A stretch of 64,000 nt of DNA from Deltaproteobacteria bacterium. GTDB lineage: Bacteria > Desulfobacterota > Deferrimicrobia > Deferrimicrobiales > Deferrimicrobiaceae. A program made the position numbers and the translations under genes. A model generated the notes under the pieces. That model saw only the letters and a list, made by a program, of their open reading frames with translations, did no database searches and was not told the origin of the DNA. Location of the stretch: the NCBI GenBank assembly GCA_037439645.1, contig JBBIVQ010000008.1, positions 6,693 to 70,692 of the forward strand, written 5' to 3'. This document shows, one piece after another, positions 46,293 through 55,184 of this stretch. The stretch's first letter is position 1. Each line of letters begins with the position of its first letter.

Positions 46293-48095
46293 TTGCCCGT
46301 AAAAAAAGTACATTCCGGCTGCACCCTCCGTTCGCATCCCGCCGTTCCGGCGGGCGGATCGCCCCCGCGCCTCGAGATCTTCGCGTCCCGGACGGGCAAC
46401 CTCCCCGTCCCCCGATTCTCGGGCAAGACGATCCACAGTCTCTACGATCCGATCGTCGAGGCGAACCGGGTCGTTGACGCGTACCGTCAACGGACCGGTG
46501 CCGGCGAAGGGGACAAGGTGGTCGTCCTCGGGAACGGCTTCGGCTATGTGGCGGAGGCGCTTCTCGAACGGGGGATCGACCCCGTGGTCTTCGAGCCTTG
46601 CGAGGCCCTCGCCGGCGGGATGGCGCGATGCCGGGACCTCGACGGGTTCGCCGCCCGTGTCCCCCTGTATGCGATCGACGATCCCCGCGACCTCTACCGG
46701 TCCGGCCCTCACCGTGTCGACGTTGCCGGCGCGAAGGGAGTGCTCGTCCTTCCGTACGTGAACGATCTCTTCCCGGGGTGGGGCGCTTCCTTCGAAGCCG
46801 CCCTCGGTGCGGTGGAGCGGTCCCGGAACGCGTTCTACAGGATCTCCGTGGTCTCCCCCGTTCACGGGGGGTCCCTCGAGATCGCACGGTACTGCGCCCG
46901 GGCGCTGGAAGGGAACGGCTTCCCGGTCGATTTCGTCGACCTGTCGGGATTCGGCGGGGTCCTTCCCGCGATCCGGGAATTCCACCGCCGGGAGGATCCG
47001 GCGACGGCGTCGAAAGGGATCGAGGATTTCTCCACGTGGTGTTCGAACCGCGTCATGGATCGGATCGAGCGGTTCGACCCGGCGATCGTCCTCGTGCTCG
47101 CGCAGGCGCCGTTGTCCGAGGCGCATCTCCGCCGGATGCGGGAAGCGGGCCGGAAAGTCGTCCTCTGGTTCGTGGAGGACCACCACCTGTTCCGCTACTG
47201 GGAGGGGATCGCGAGGCACTTCGACCTCTTCTTCCCGATCCAGAAAGGAACGTTCCTTCGCGAGTTGACGTCCGCGGGGCAGCCGAACCACCATTACCTT
47301 CCCCTGGCGGCGGACGACACGGTGTTCCGCCCGCTCGAATGTTCCCCGGAAGATCGCAAGCGGTTCGGTTCCCCGCTTTCGTTCATGGGAGCGGGCTACT
47401 ATAACCGCAGGAGGTTCTTCAACGCGCTTCTCGGGCGGCCGTTCAAGATCTGGGGGACGGAATGGCCCGAAGGCGAGGCCCTTTCCCGGCACGTGCAGGA
47501 GGACGGGCGCCGCGTCGACCCGGGCGACTCCGCCCTGATCTTCAACGCGACGGAAGTGAACGTCAACCTGCACTCCTCCGTGAGCCACGAGGGGGTGAAC
47601 CCGTTCGGCGACTTCGTCAACCCGCGGACCTTCGAGATCGCCGCATGCTCCGCCTTCCAGCTCGTGGACCGGCGAAGCCTCCTTCCGGAGCTCTTCGTCC
47701 CCGGCGAGGAGATCGCCTGCTTTTCCGGGAGGGAAGAGTTCCTCGACATGGCGGATCACTACCTCGCCCATCCCGACGAGCGCGCGGAGTTCGCGGGGAA
47801 GGGGAGGCGCCGGGTTCTCGCGGAGCACACGTACCGGGACCGGATGCGGGAGATGATCGAAGCGGTTCACGAGGTCTGCCCCCCCGGGGAGGATCGCCGC
47901 CTTCGGACGGCGGGGGAGATGGCGGACGCCGGAGGACCGGAGTGGAAATCGATCCTGCGGGGGTATCCCGCGGACCGGCCGCTCGATTTCGACACCTTCC
48001 TTTCCGGCATCCGGGGGAAGGACCCGTCGAAGACGGTCGGAAGGAAAGAGGCCGTTGCGCTCATGCTCGGGGGGCTGCGGCATGGCGTCCTCTGA
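46293..48095 (+). CDS. Glycosyltransferase: Maf-like N-terminus plus CgeB/Glyco_trans_1_2-type domain
   Basis: IHSLYDPIVEA and VLGNGFGY (Maf-N-like); WFVED, YLPLAAD, NPRTFEIAACSAFQL, VLAEHTYRDR; start uncertain. Confidence 0.82.
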   Translation: MPVKKVHSGCTLRSHPAVPAGGSPPRLEIFASRTGNLPVPRFSGKTIHSLYDPIVEANRVVDAYRQRTGAGEGDKVVVLGNGFGYVAEALLERGIDPVVFEPCEALAGGMARCRDLDGFAARVPLYAIDDPRDLYRSGPHRVDVAGAKGVLVLPYVNDLFPGWGASFEAALGAVERSRNAFYRISVVSPVHGGSLEIARYCARALEGNGFPVDFVDLSGFGGVLPAIREFHRREDPATASKGIEDFSTWCSNRVMDRIERFDPAIVLVLAQAPLSEAHLRRMREAGRKVVLWFVEDHHLFRYWEGIARHFDLFFPIQKGTFLRELTSAGQPNHHYLPLAADDTVFRPLECSPEDRKRFGSPLSFMGAGYYNRRRFFNALLGRPFKIWGTEWPEGEALSRHVQEDGRRVDPGDSALIFNATEVNVNLHSSVSHEGVNPFGDFVNPRTFEIAACSAFQLVDRRSLLPELFVPGEEIACFSGREEFLDMADHYLAHPDERAEFAGKGRRRVLAEHTYRDRMREMIEAVHEVCPPGEDRRLRTAGEMADAGGPEWKSILRGYPADRPLDFDTFLSGIRGKDPSKTVGRKEAVALMLGGLRHGVL

Positions 48096-49776
48096 GGAGA
48101 TCCTCCTTCTGAACCTCACGCGGCTGGGGGACCTGGTCCAGAGCACGCCGCTGGCGGTGGGGCTGAAGCGGCGCGATCCTTCGGTTCGTGTCGTCGTGGC
48201 GGCCGTCAAGGATTTTCTCCCCGCCGCGTCCCTGATGGACGGCGTGGACGAGGTGATCCCCGTCGAGTACGACGAGCTCGTGCGCCTGTCCCGGACCGGG
48301 GATTTTTCCGTCGTGTCGACGATCGAGCGGGCGGAAGCGTTGCTCTCCCCGCTCCTGTCGCGCCGATTCGCGCGGGCCGTCAACCTGACCCACACGCCCA
48401 CCAGCGCGTTCCTGATGTACCTCCTTCGATCCCCGGACAAGCGGGGCCTCCAGATGCATCCCACGGGTCAACGGATCATCCGGCACCCGTGGATGCTCTT
48501 CTTCCACAATTTCGCGTTGAACAAGCAAACCTCCCCCTTCAACCTGGTCGACATCTACGCCCTCGGCGGCGGGGTTCCGATCCACGAGGAGCCGGTTCCG
48601 CTGTCGGTCCGGGTCCCGGAGGAGGCGGAGCGGTGGGCGGAGGCGTTCGTAGCCCGCGAGCTCCCGGGGGCGGGGCCGATCGTGGCGGTCCAGGCGGGCG
48701 CGAGCGACCCGCACAAGATGTGGCACCCCTCCTCCTTCATCCGGCTGTGCCGCACGGTGCGCGATGCGCGCCCCGTGCGGTTTCTCTTCATCGGCGGAAA
48801 GGGGGAGCGGGGGCTTTCGGAGCGGATCCACGCGTTGGCGGAATCTCCGGGAAGCGCCGTGGCGGCCGGTCGAACCGACCTTCCGCAGCTTTGCGCCCTC
48901 CTTCGCCGGGCGGATCTCATGGTCACGAACGACACGGGGCCGATGCACCTCGCCGCCGCGGTCGGGACCCCCGTGCTCTCCATCGCCCTCGGGCCGGTGT
49001 TCTACTCCAACACCGGCCCGTACGGCGAGGGGCACGTGGTCTTCCAGCCGTCCGCCGCATGCGCTCCTTGCTCTTTCAACGTCCGGTGCGTCCATCCGGA
49101 ATGCAAGAACATGGTGCCGCCGGAGGCGGTCGCGCTGGTGGTCCTTCGAATGCTGCGAGGCGAGCCGCTCGCGGGCGGGGGGCTCCCGGACGGCCCGGAA
49201 TTCGCCGGGTGCGAAGCGTACCTGTCCGGCAGGGGGGAAGACGGGCTCATGGATTATCGCCCGCTTCTCGACAGGGCGCCGACACCGCGCTGGCTCCTTT
49301 CCCGGGCGTACCGGAAAATGTGGTCGGAGGTGTTGCTTGCCGGGAAATCCCCGCCGGGCGCCGATACCCCGGTCCCTTCCCCGGGGGACTGGCTGAATCC
49401 GCCCCTTCGACGGATCGAGACGCTGGCGGAGGCCGGTGTCCAGGCGGCCGCCTCGATCCTCCGCCACAGCCGCAAGGCGGGCCGGCACGTGCCGTTGCTC
49501 GAGGAACGGCTCGACACGATCCGGAAGGTTTCCTCGTCGATCCGGGAACTCGGCCTGGGGATCCCGGAGATCGACGGCATCTGCCGGATGTTCGCGTTCG
49601 AAGAGGAGAACATGCCGGAAGGCGACCTCGCCGGCGCCGCCCGCGAAAACGTCGCCCTGTTCAATAACCTGTTGTGCCGGGCACGCAGCCTGGCGTATCT
49701 TCTGTCCGAGGGGATCTCCGGCGGAATCTTCGATGAGAGGAGAGCGCGTGCCGATGCGGGTGCGAGTCGACGGTAA
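48082..49776 (+). CDS. GT9 (ADP-heptose:LPS heptosyltransferase-like) glycosyltransferase with C-terminal extension
   Basis: LTRLGDLVQSTP, QAGAS..KMW, AGRTDL, VTNDTGPMHLAAAVGTP, CAPC..C..C. Confidence 0.92.
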   Translation: MASSEEILLLNLTRLGDLVQSTPLAVGLKRRDPSVRVVVAAVKDFLPAASLMDGVDEVIPVEYDELVRLSRTGDFSVVSTIERAEALLSPLLSRRFARAVNLTHTPTSAFLMYLLRSPDKRGLQMHPTGQRIIRHPWMLFFHNFALNKQTSPFNLVDIYALGGGVPIHEEPVPLSVRVPEEAERWAEAFVARELPGAGPIVAVQAGASDPHKMWHPSSFIRLCRTVRDARPVRFLFIGGKGERGLSERIHALAESPGSAVAAGRTDLPQLCALLRRADLMVTNDTGPMHLAAAVGTPVLSIALGPVFYSNTGPYGEGHVVFQPSAACAPCSFNVRCVHPECKNMVPPEAVALVVLRMLRGEPLAGGGLPDGPEFAGCEAYLSGRGEDGLMDYRPLLDRAPTPRWLLSRAYRKMWSEVLLAGKSPPGADTPVPSPGDWLNPPLRRIETLAEAGVQAAASILRHSRKAGRHVPLLEERLDTIRKVSSSIRELGLGIPEIDGICRMFAFEEENMPEGDLAGAARENVALFNNLLCRARSLAYLLSEGISGGIFDERRARADAGASRR

Positions 49777-50371
49777 CGAGGTCCCGTGGGACCTGTCCGG
49801 ATGCGCGAGCCTCGGGGCGGCCCTGGGGGAGATCTACCGGAAGGTGGGGGAGACGGCGCGGATCGTGGGCCGCGTCGAGATCGACGGGCAGGAGTTGACG
49901 AACCTGGCGGAGAAGGAACTGGGGGACCGGACGCTCGAAAGCGTCGGGGAGATCGCCGTTTCGACCGGGACCGCCGAAGACCTGTTCCGCAGCGGCCTCC
50001 AGGGCGCGCTTTCCCTCGCGGGCGCCATCGACATGGACATCGCGAAGGCGGTGGAGGCGTTCCGGTCGGGCGACTCGACCCGCGGGCAGGCGCTCCATGC
50101 GGCGTGCATCGAGGCGATGGGAACCTTCTTCGAGTTGGCGGGGGGGATCCTGAACGGGATCCGGTCCGGGTACTTCAACGGGGCCGGAGTCGCTTCCCGC
50201 GATGTTTCGGCGCCATCCGCCGGGACCGCCGGGATCCTCGACCGGCTGCTCGATCACCAGGTGCGCAGGGACTGGTCGGCGATGGCGGATCTGCTCGAAT
50301 ACGAAGTGGCCCCGAACCTGAGGGAGTGGGTCGCGTTTCTCGAGACTCTTCCCGGGGGTCAGGAGAAGTAG
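49733..50371 (+). CDS. Conserved hypothetical protein
   Basis: MRVRVDG..RIVGRVEIDGQE..DWSAMADLLEYEVAP; last gene of the GT operon; alternative start 49754. Confidence 0.7.
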   Translation: MRGERVPMRVRVDGNEVPWDLSGCASLGAALGEIYRKVGETARIVGRVEIDGQELTNLAEKELGDRTLESVGEIAVSTGTAEDLFRSGLQGALSLAGAIDMDIAKAVEAFRSGDSTRGQALHAACIEAMGTFFELAGGILNGIRSGYFNGAGVASRDVSAPSAGTAGILDRLLDHQVRRDWSAMADLLEYEVAPNLREWVAFLETLPGGQEK

Positions 50372-50730
50372 GGCGCCAGTTTCTCCTTGATCTGTTCCGG
50401 GGTGAACGGCTTCTTGATCAGGTTGTTCGCCCCCTTCTTGATCGCTTCCTTCACCAGCCCCTCGGCCCCTTCCGTCGTGATCACGACGATCGGCATGTCG
50501 TTCCACGCGGCGTTCGCCCGGATCTTGTCGATGAACGTCAACCCGTCCATCACCGGCATGTTGACGTCCGTGAGTGTGATCCCCACCGCGGCGCCCGCGA
50601 GGCGCTCGAGGCCCGCCTGGCCGTTTTCCGCTTCGAGGATCTCCCCGATCTCGAAACCCGCCTGCCGAAGCGACCGGGTGATGATCTTCCGCATCGTGCT
50701 CGAATCGTCAACGATCAGAACTCGGTCCAT
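50359..50730 (-). CDS. cheY: Single-domain response regulator CheY
   Basis: VLIVDDSSTMRKII, TDVNMPVMDG, ITTEG, KKPF. Confidence 0.9.
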   Translation of the reverse strand: MDRVLIVDDSSTMRKIITRSLRQAGFEIGEILEAENGQAGLERLAGAAVGITLTDVNMPVMDGLTFIDKIRANAAWNDMPIVVITTEGAEGLVKEAIKKGANNLIKKPFTPEQIKEKLAPYFS

Positions 50731-50756
50731 TCCGTTTTGCTCCTCGTCGGCGGAGA

Positions 50757-51770
50757 TCAGGCCTTCACGCCGTTTTCAAGGTAAGGCCCCATTTTCTCCC
50801 GAAGCGATTCCGGAGTGAACGGGTGGACCAGGAAAGCCCGGACTCCCGCCCGGCGGGCCCCGAGGATCGTCTCCCGGGTGGGGCGGTCCGAGATCCCCAG
50901 CACGGGGATCCCCGTTCCCTTCCCGGCCGCCGCGCGGCAGAGCCGCCCTGCCTTCCCGTCCGGTCCGTCGGAAAATTCGGCCAGGACCAGCAACGGGCCC
51001 ATGGAAACCCACTCCACCGCCCGATCGATGTCCGTCGTCGCCTTCGTTTCGATTCCGAGGGACGCGAGGAAATGTTCGACTCCCCCCGCGATGGCGTCGT
51101 CCTTTCCGAAGAAAAGGACCGACCGGTTCGCCTCCCGTGCCGGGGGGGCGTCGCCGGAAGCGGGATCGGCCGTGCCGGCGGCGGGAATTCCGAAGAGGGC
51201 GGAAAGGAAGGTCGTCTCCAGGACGACGAAGACGGTCCCGGGGTCGTACCCGGTGAAGGAGAGGGTCATTTCGGCGGCGAACGCGGCCCCGGGGGGGCAG
51301 AGCGCCTTGAACTCTTCCGCGCGGGACGGGTCCGCGACCTGGACCCCGGCGCTTCGGAGTTTCCCGGCCTCCGCGGAGGTCCGGACGGCGAGGTCGTTCA
51401 AGGCGCCGTAGAGGATGTTGGCCACCTCGGCGAACGCATCGGCCACGTCCGATTCCATTTCGCCCTTCCGGGACAGTTCGGCGATCTGCGCCGGAGGCAT
51501 CATGAGGAGGGTGGCGGCGAGCAGGACGGCGTCGGGAACACGGAAGATCATCGCTCCCCGCCCGTGCCCCCCCGCGCTTTCCAGCAGGATGACGGCCGCT
51601 TTCTTCCGGACCTTTCCGGAGAGTTCCCCCGGGACGACCGGAAAGGTCCCCTTCACGTGGAAGGCGACGGGCGACCCGATCAGGGAAGATACGCGTTCCC
51701 CGATCAGTTCCGCCGCCGCCTGGAACAGGTCCGCGGCCTTCTTTTCGAATGGACCGTCGTTCATCGCCAC
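50757..51770 (-). CDS. CheC/CheX-like phosphatase fused to a pseudo-receiver domain
   Basis: ExxN motif DAFAEVANIL; C-terminal REC fold with Glu at the phospho-Asp position and HPF replacing KPF. Confidence 0.72.
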   Translation of the reverse strand: MAMNDGPFEKKAADLFQAAAELIGERVSSLIGSPVAFHVKGTFPVVPGELSGKVRKKAAVILLESAGGHGRGAMIFRVPDAVLLAATLLMMPPAQIAELSRKGEMESDVADAFAEVANILYGALNDLAVRTSAEAGKLRSAGVQVADPSRAEEFKALCPPGAAFAAEMTLSFTGYDPGTVFVVLETTFLSALFGIPAAGTADPASGDAPPAREANRSVLFFGKDDAIAGGVEHFLASLGIETKATTDIDRAVEWVSMGPLLVLAEFSDGPDGKAGRLCRAAAGKGTGIPVLGISDRPTRETILGARRAGVRAFLVHPFTPESLREKMGPYLENGVKA

Positions 51771-51773
51771 GGC

Positions 51774-52259
51774 CTACGCCTCGACTCCCGCCTTGGTCCT
51801 GTAGAGAAACGCGACGCGCATCTTCTCGCCTTCCGCCACGAAGGAGACATCGAGGCCGTGGACCTTTTCCCGCAGGCTCAGCACGATCTCCTTTCCGTAG
51901 ACGACCATCGGTATGGAGAGGAGGAAGGTGACGCCGGCGTCCATGCAGCGTGTCTTGATGTTTCCCGCGATCATGTTGACGATCTCTCCCGCGCAGTCCG
52001 CGATCTCCGCCATGTCCTCCGTGGCGCCGTCCGTGCCGAGGATGTTCCGTCTCAAGTGCGACGCGGCGGTCCGCGAACAGACGACGGCGACGATACCGTC
52101 GACCCCTCCCCCGACCTGGATGGATGCGATCATTTCGCCGTGGAAGGCGCTCCGTTCGATCTCCCGCACGGCCGTATCCTCCGGAAGGGCGGAGACGAGC
52201 GTCTCGAAGACCTCGCGGACGGAGTCGACGATGATCCCGTCCAGGTTCGCGACAAGCAT
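51774..52259 (-). CDS. cheX: Chemotaxis phosphatase CheX
   Basis: DCAGEIVNMIAGNIK and LSIPMVVYG motifs; the ATG at 52259 has an RBS (alternative GTG at 52289). Confidence 0.88.
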   Translation of the reverse strand: MLVANLDGIIVDSVREVFETLVSALPEDTAVREIERSAFHGEMIASIQVGGGVDGIVAVVCSRTAASHLRRNILGTDGATEDMAEIADCAGEIVNMIAGNIKTRCMDAGVTFLLSIPMVVYGKEIVLSLREKVHGLDVSFVAEGEKMRVAFLYRTKAGVEA

Positions 52260-52295
52260 CTCCCCCGCCTCCTCGGTGCGATCCGACACTGCTTC

Positions 52296-52322
52296 TCTTC
52301 GGCATTCCGGAGAGAAACTTTA
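52296..52322 (-). promoter_or_regulatory. Sigma28 promoter of the cheX-cheY operon
   Basis: Minus strand TAAAGTTT...GCCGAAGA, 15-bp spacer. Confidence 0.78.
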
Positions 52323-52337
52323 CTTTTTTCAACGGAG

Positions 52338-52365
52338 TGAAGTTTTTCCGCCGACTCACCGATAG
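52338..52365 (+). promoter_or_regulatory. Sigma28 promoter of the cheW operon
   Basis: TGAAGTTT...ACCGATAG, 16-bp spacer. Confidence 0.65.
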
Positions 52366-52423
52366 GTAGGAAGAGGCGGGGGAGGGCGACCCCTTCCATC
52401 CGAATTTTCGGGAGGAGAATCCG

Positions 52424-52924
52424 ATGGCGATGCAGGCGGAAACGCCGGCCGGGGCGGCGATCCGGGGAGGGAAATACCTCACGTTCGCGCTCGACGACGA
52501 GGTGTACGGGCTCAACATCCTGAAGGTGAAGGAGATCATCGGGATCATGGACATCACCCCGGTCCCCCGGTCGCCGCCGTACGTGAAGGGCGTCCTGAAT
52601 CTCCGGGGGAAGATCGTTCCGGTGATGGATCTCCGGTTGAAGTTCGGGTTCGTGGAACGCCCGTACGACGCGCGGACCTGCGTCATCGTGGTGGAGCCGG
52701 CGGACGCGGATGGAAAGTCGCTCGTCGGGATCATCGTCGACTCCGTTTCCGAGGTGACGAACATCGCGGAACGGGAGATCGAACCGACTCCCGACCTCGG
52801 GGGACTTTCGAACCTCGAATACCTCGAGGGGATGGCGAAGACGAAGGGAAAGGTCGTCATCCTCCTCGATATCGCCCGGGTCCTTTCGTTCGACGCAAAG
52901 GGGGAACTTGCGGGAGCGGCGTGA
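52424..52924 (+). CDS. cheW: Chemotaxis adaptor CheW
   Basis: YLTFAL..YGLNILKVKEII, VKGVLNLRGKIVPVMDLR, GIIVDSVSEV. Confidence 0.97.
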   Translation: MAMQAETPAGAAIRGGKYLTFALDDEVYGLNILKVKEIIGIMDITPVPRSPPYVKGVLNLRGKIVPVMDLRLKFGFVERPYDARTCVIVVEPADADGKSLVGIIVDSVSEVTNIAEREIEPTPDLGGLSNLEYLEGMAKTKGKVVILLDIARVLSFDAKGELAGAA

Positions 52925-52948
52925 CGCTCCACGGGAAGGCTGGACACC

Positions 52949-55171
52949 GTGAACGATCGGGAGAACATCCGGGCGAAGGCGCTCCTGGACCAGGCGTCGG
53001 CGGCGATCCTCGCGGCTCCTTCCGGGGATCTGCGCAAATTGGGGGAGATCCTCTCCTGCTTCGAGGAACTGGGACGCATCGGGGATTCCGAGGGGTGGCC
53101 GGAAGTGGCCGAGGCGGCGAAGGCCGCCGACGGGATCCTGACGGCGCTCATGTTCGAGGACGATCTGCGGAATGCCCGGGAGGACGCCCTCGGCCACCTC
53201 TCCTCCCTCGTGACGTTCTGCCGGCGCGCCGCCAGCGGGGAAGGGCGCGACCGGAGGGACCTCGAAAGGATTCTCGCGGAGGCCGCCGCGAGGCTCGGCA
53301 TCGCGTTCGCCGGCTTCGAGGGGAAATCCGCCGACCCTTCCGGCGGGAGGGAAGGGGAGCAATCCCCGGTGGCGCTGGACCAGGACCGGGAGCTGTACAC
53401 GGATTTCATCTCCGAGTCCACGGCCCACCTCCAGGCGATCGAGATCAAGATCGTGGATCTCGAGGCGTCGCCGGGCGACCGTGAAATCATCAACGCGATC
53501 TTCCGCGGTTTCCACACCATCAAGGGCGTCTCCGGGTTCCTGAACCTGAAGGACGTCAACCGCCTTTCCCATTGTACCGAGACGCTCCTCGACCTTTGCC
53601 GGCAGGGAAAGGTCCCGATCTCCTCCGCGCTGGTCGACGTCGTCTTCGAGGCCGTGGACGCCATCCGGGAAATGGTGCGGGACGTCTCGGAGAAGATCGC
53701 CGCGGGGGCCCGGGAGCGGCTTCCCCGGGACAACCGCGGGATCATCGCGCGCGTGGAGCAACTCCAGGAAAATCAGCGGCAGGCGGCGGATCCCCCGCCG
53801 CCCCCTCCCCCCCTGCTGGGAGACATCCTTGTGGAGCAGGGGAAAATCTCCCGGCAGGATCTGGATGCGGCGATCGCGCGGCAGTCGGAAACCCCGGGCC
53901 GCCGTCCGATCGGGGAAGTGCTCGTCCAGGAGGGGAAAATCACCCCGAAGGACGTCGCGCAGGCGCTTCGGGTGCAGAAAGGGAGCGCATCTGTCGCGCA
54001 GGACGTCCGGGTGGACGTCGCGAAGCTCGACGGGCTCGTGGACATGGTCGGCGAGTTGGTGATCGCGCAGGCGCTGGTGTCCAACGACCCGGACGTGAAA
54101 GCGATCGAAAATCCCCGCTTCGGCCGGAACCTGGCGCAACTGTCGCGGATCACCTCCGATTTGCAGAAGGTCGGGCTGGCGATGCGGATGGTTCCGGTGC
54201 GGAGCACTTTCCAGAAGATGTCCCGCCTCGTCCGGGACCTTGCGAAGAAATCCGGGAAGGAGGTCGCACTCCGGATGGAAGGGGAGGAAACGGAGATCGA
54301 CCGGAACATGGTCGAGGAGATCCACGACCCCCTGGTCCACATGATCCGGAACTCGGTGGACCACGGGATCGAGCGCGCGGACCTCCGGGCCGCCTGCGGG
54401 AAGCCGCCCTGCGGCACGGTCACGTTGCGCGCGTTCCACCAGGGGGGACATGTGGTGCTCGCCGTCGGGGACGACGGGGGGGGGATCGACCCCGCCCGGG
54501 TGGTCGCCAAGGCCAGGGAGCGTGGGCTCGTGGCGGTGGACGCGGTCCTCTCCGAGCAGGAGATCTTCGGCCTCCTGTTCGAGCCGGGATTCTCCACCGC
54601 GGAGAAGGTCACGGATATTTCGGGCCGAGGGGTCGGCATGGACGTGGTCCGCAAGAACGTCGAAAATCTCCGCGGCACGATCGAGATAACGTCCCGGCCG
54701 GGACAGGGGTCCACGTTCTCGATCCGGATCCCCCTCACGGTGGCCATCATCGACGGGATCGTCGTCCGGGTCGGAAGGGAGCGGTACGTGATCCCGGCGA
54801 GCGGCATCGCCGAGTCGCTGCGCCCGAAGAAGGAGGAGTGCTTCACCGTGGAGCATCGGGGGGAGATGATCCGCGTCCGGGACGATCTTCTCCCCCTGGT
54901 GAGGTTGGGACGGATCTTCCGCGTCCCCGGGAGCGAAACGGATCCGTCCGACGGGATCGCCGTCGTCGTCGTGCACGAAAAGGGGAAACGCGCGCTGCTC
55001 GTGGACGAACTCATCGGGAAGCAGGAAATCGTCATCAAGAGCCTCGGTGGCGGCATCCCGGCCGTGCGCGGAATCTCCGGAGGCGCCATCCTCGGGGACG
55101 GCCGCGTCGGTCTCATCCTCGACGTCGCCGGGCTCTTCGCCCTGACCGGGCGCACGCCGGCATGCGCCTGA
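52949..55171 (+). CDS. cheA: Chemotaxis kinase CheA
   Basis: Hpt IFRGFHTIKG, HMIRNSVDHGIE, GFSTAEKVTDISGRGVGMDVV, C-terminal CheW domain ILGDGRVGLILD. Confidence 0.98.
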   Translation: MNDRENIRAKALLDQASAAILAAPSGDLRKLGEILSCFEELGRIGDSEGWPEVAEAAKAADGILTALMFEDDLRNAREDALGHLSSLVTFCRRAASGEGRDRRDLERILAEAAARLGIAFAGFEGKSADPSGGREGEQSPVALDQDRELYTDFISESTAHLQAIEIKIVDLEASPGDREIINAIFRGFHTIKGVSGFLNLKDVNRLSHCTETLLDLCRQGKVPISSALVDVVFEAVDAIREMVRDVSEKIAAGARERLPRDNRGIIARVEQLQENQRQAADPPPPPPPLLGDILVEQGKISRQDLDAAIARQSETPGRRPIGEVLVQEGKITPKDVAQALRVQKGSASVAQDVRVDVAKLDGLVDMVGELVIAQALVSNDPDVKAIENPRFGRNLAQLSRITSDLQKVGLAMRMVPVRSTFQKMSRLVRDLAKKSGKEVALRMEGEETEIDRNMVEEIHDPLVHMIRNSVDHGIERADLRAACGKPPCGTVTLRAFHQGGHVVLAVGDDGGGIDPARVVAKARERGLVAVDAVLSEQEIFGLLFEPGFSTAEKVTDISGRGVGMDVVRKNVENLRGTIEITSRPGQGSTFSIRIPLTVAIIDGIVVRVGRERYVIPASGIAESLRPKKEECFTVEHRGEMIRVRDDLLPLVRLGRIFRVPGSETDPSDGIAVVVVHEKGKRALLVDELIGKQEIVIKSLGGGIPAVRGISGGAILGDGRVGLILDVAGLFALTGRTPACA

Positions 55172-55184
55172 AGGGAGGGATCCG

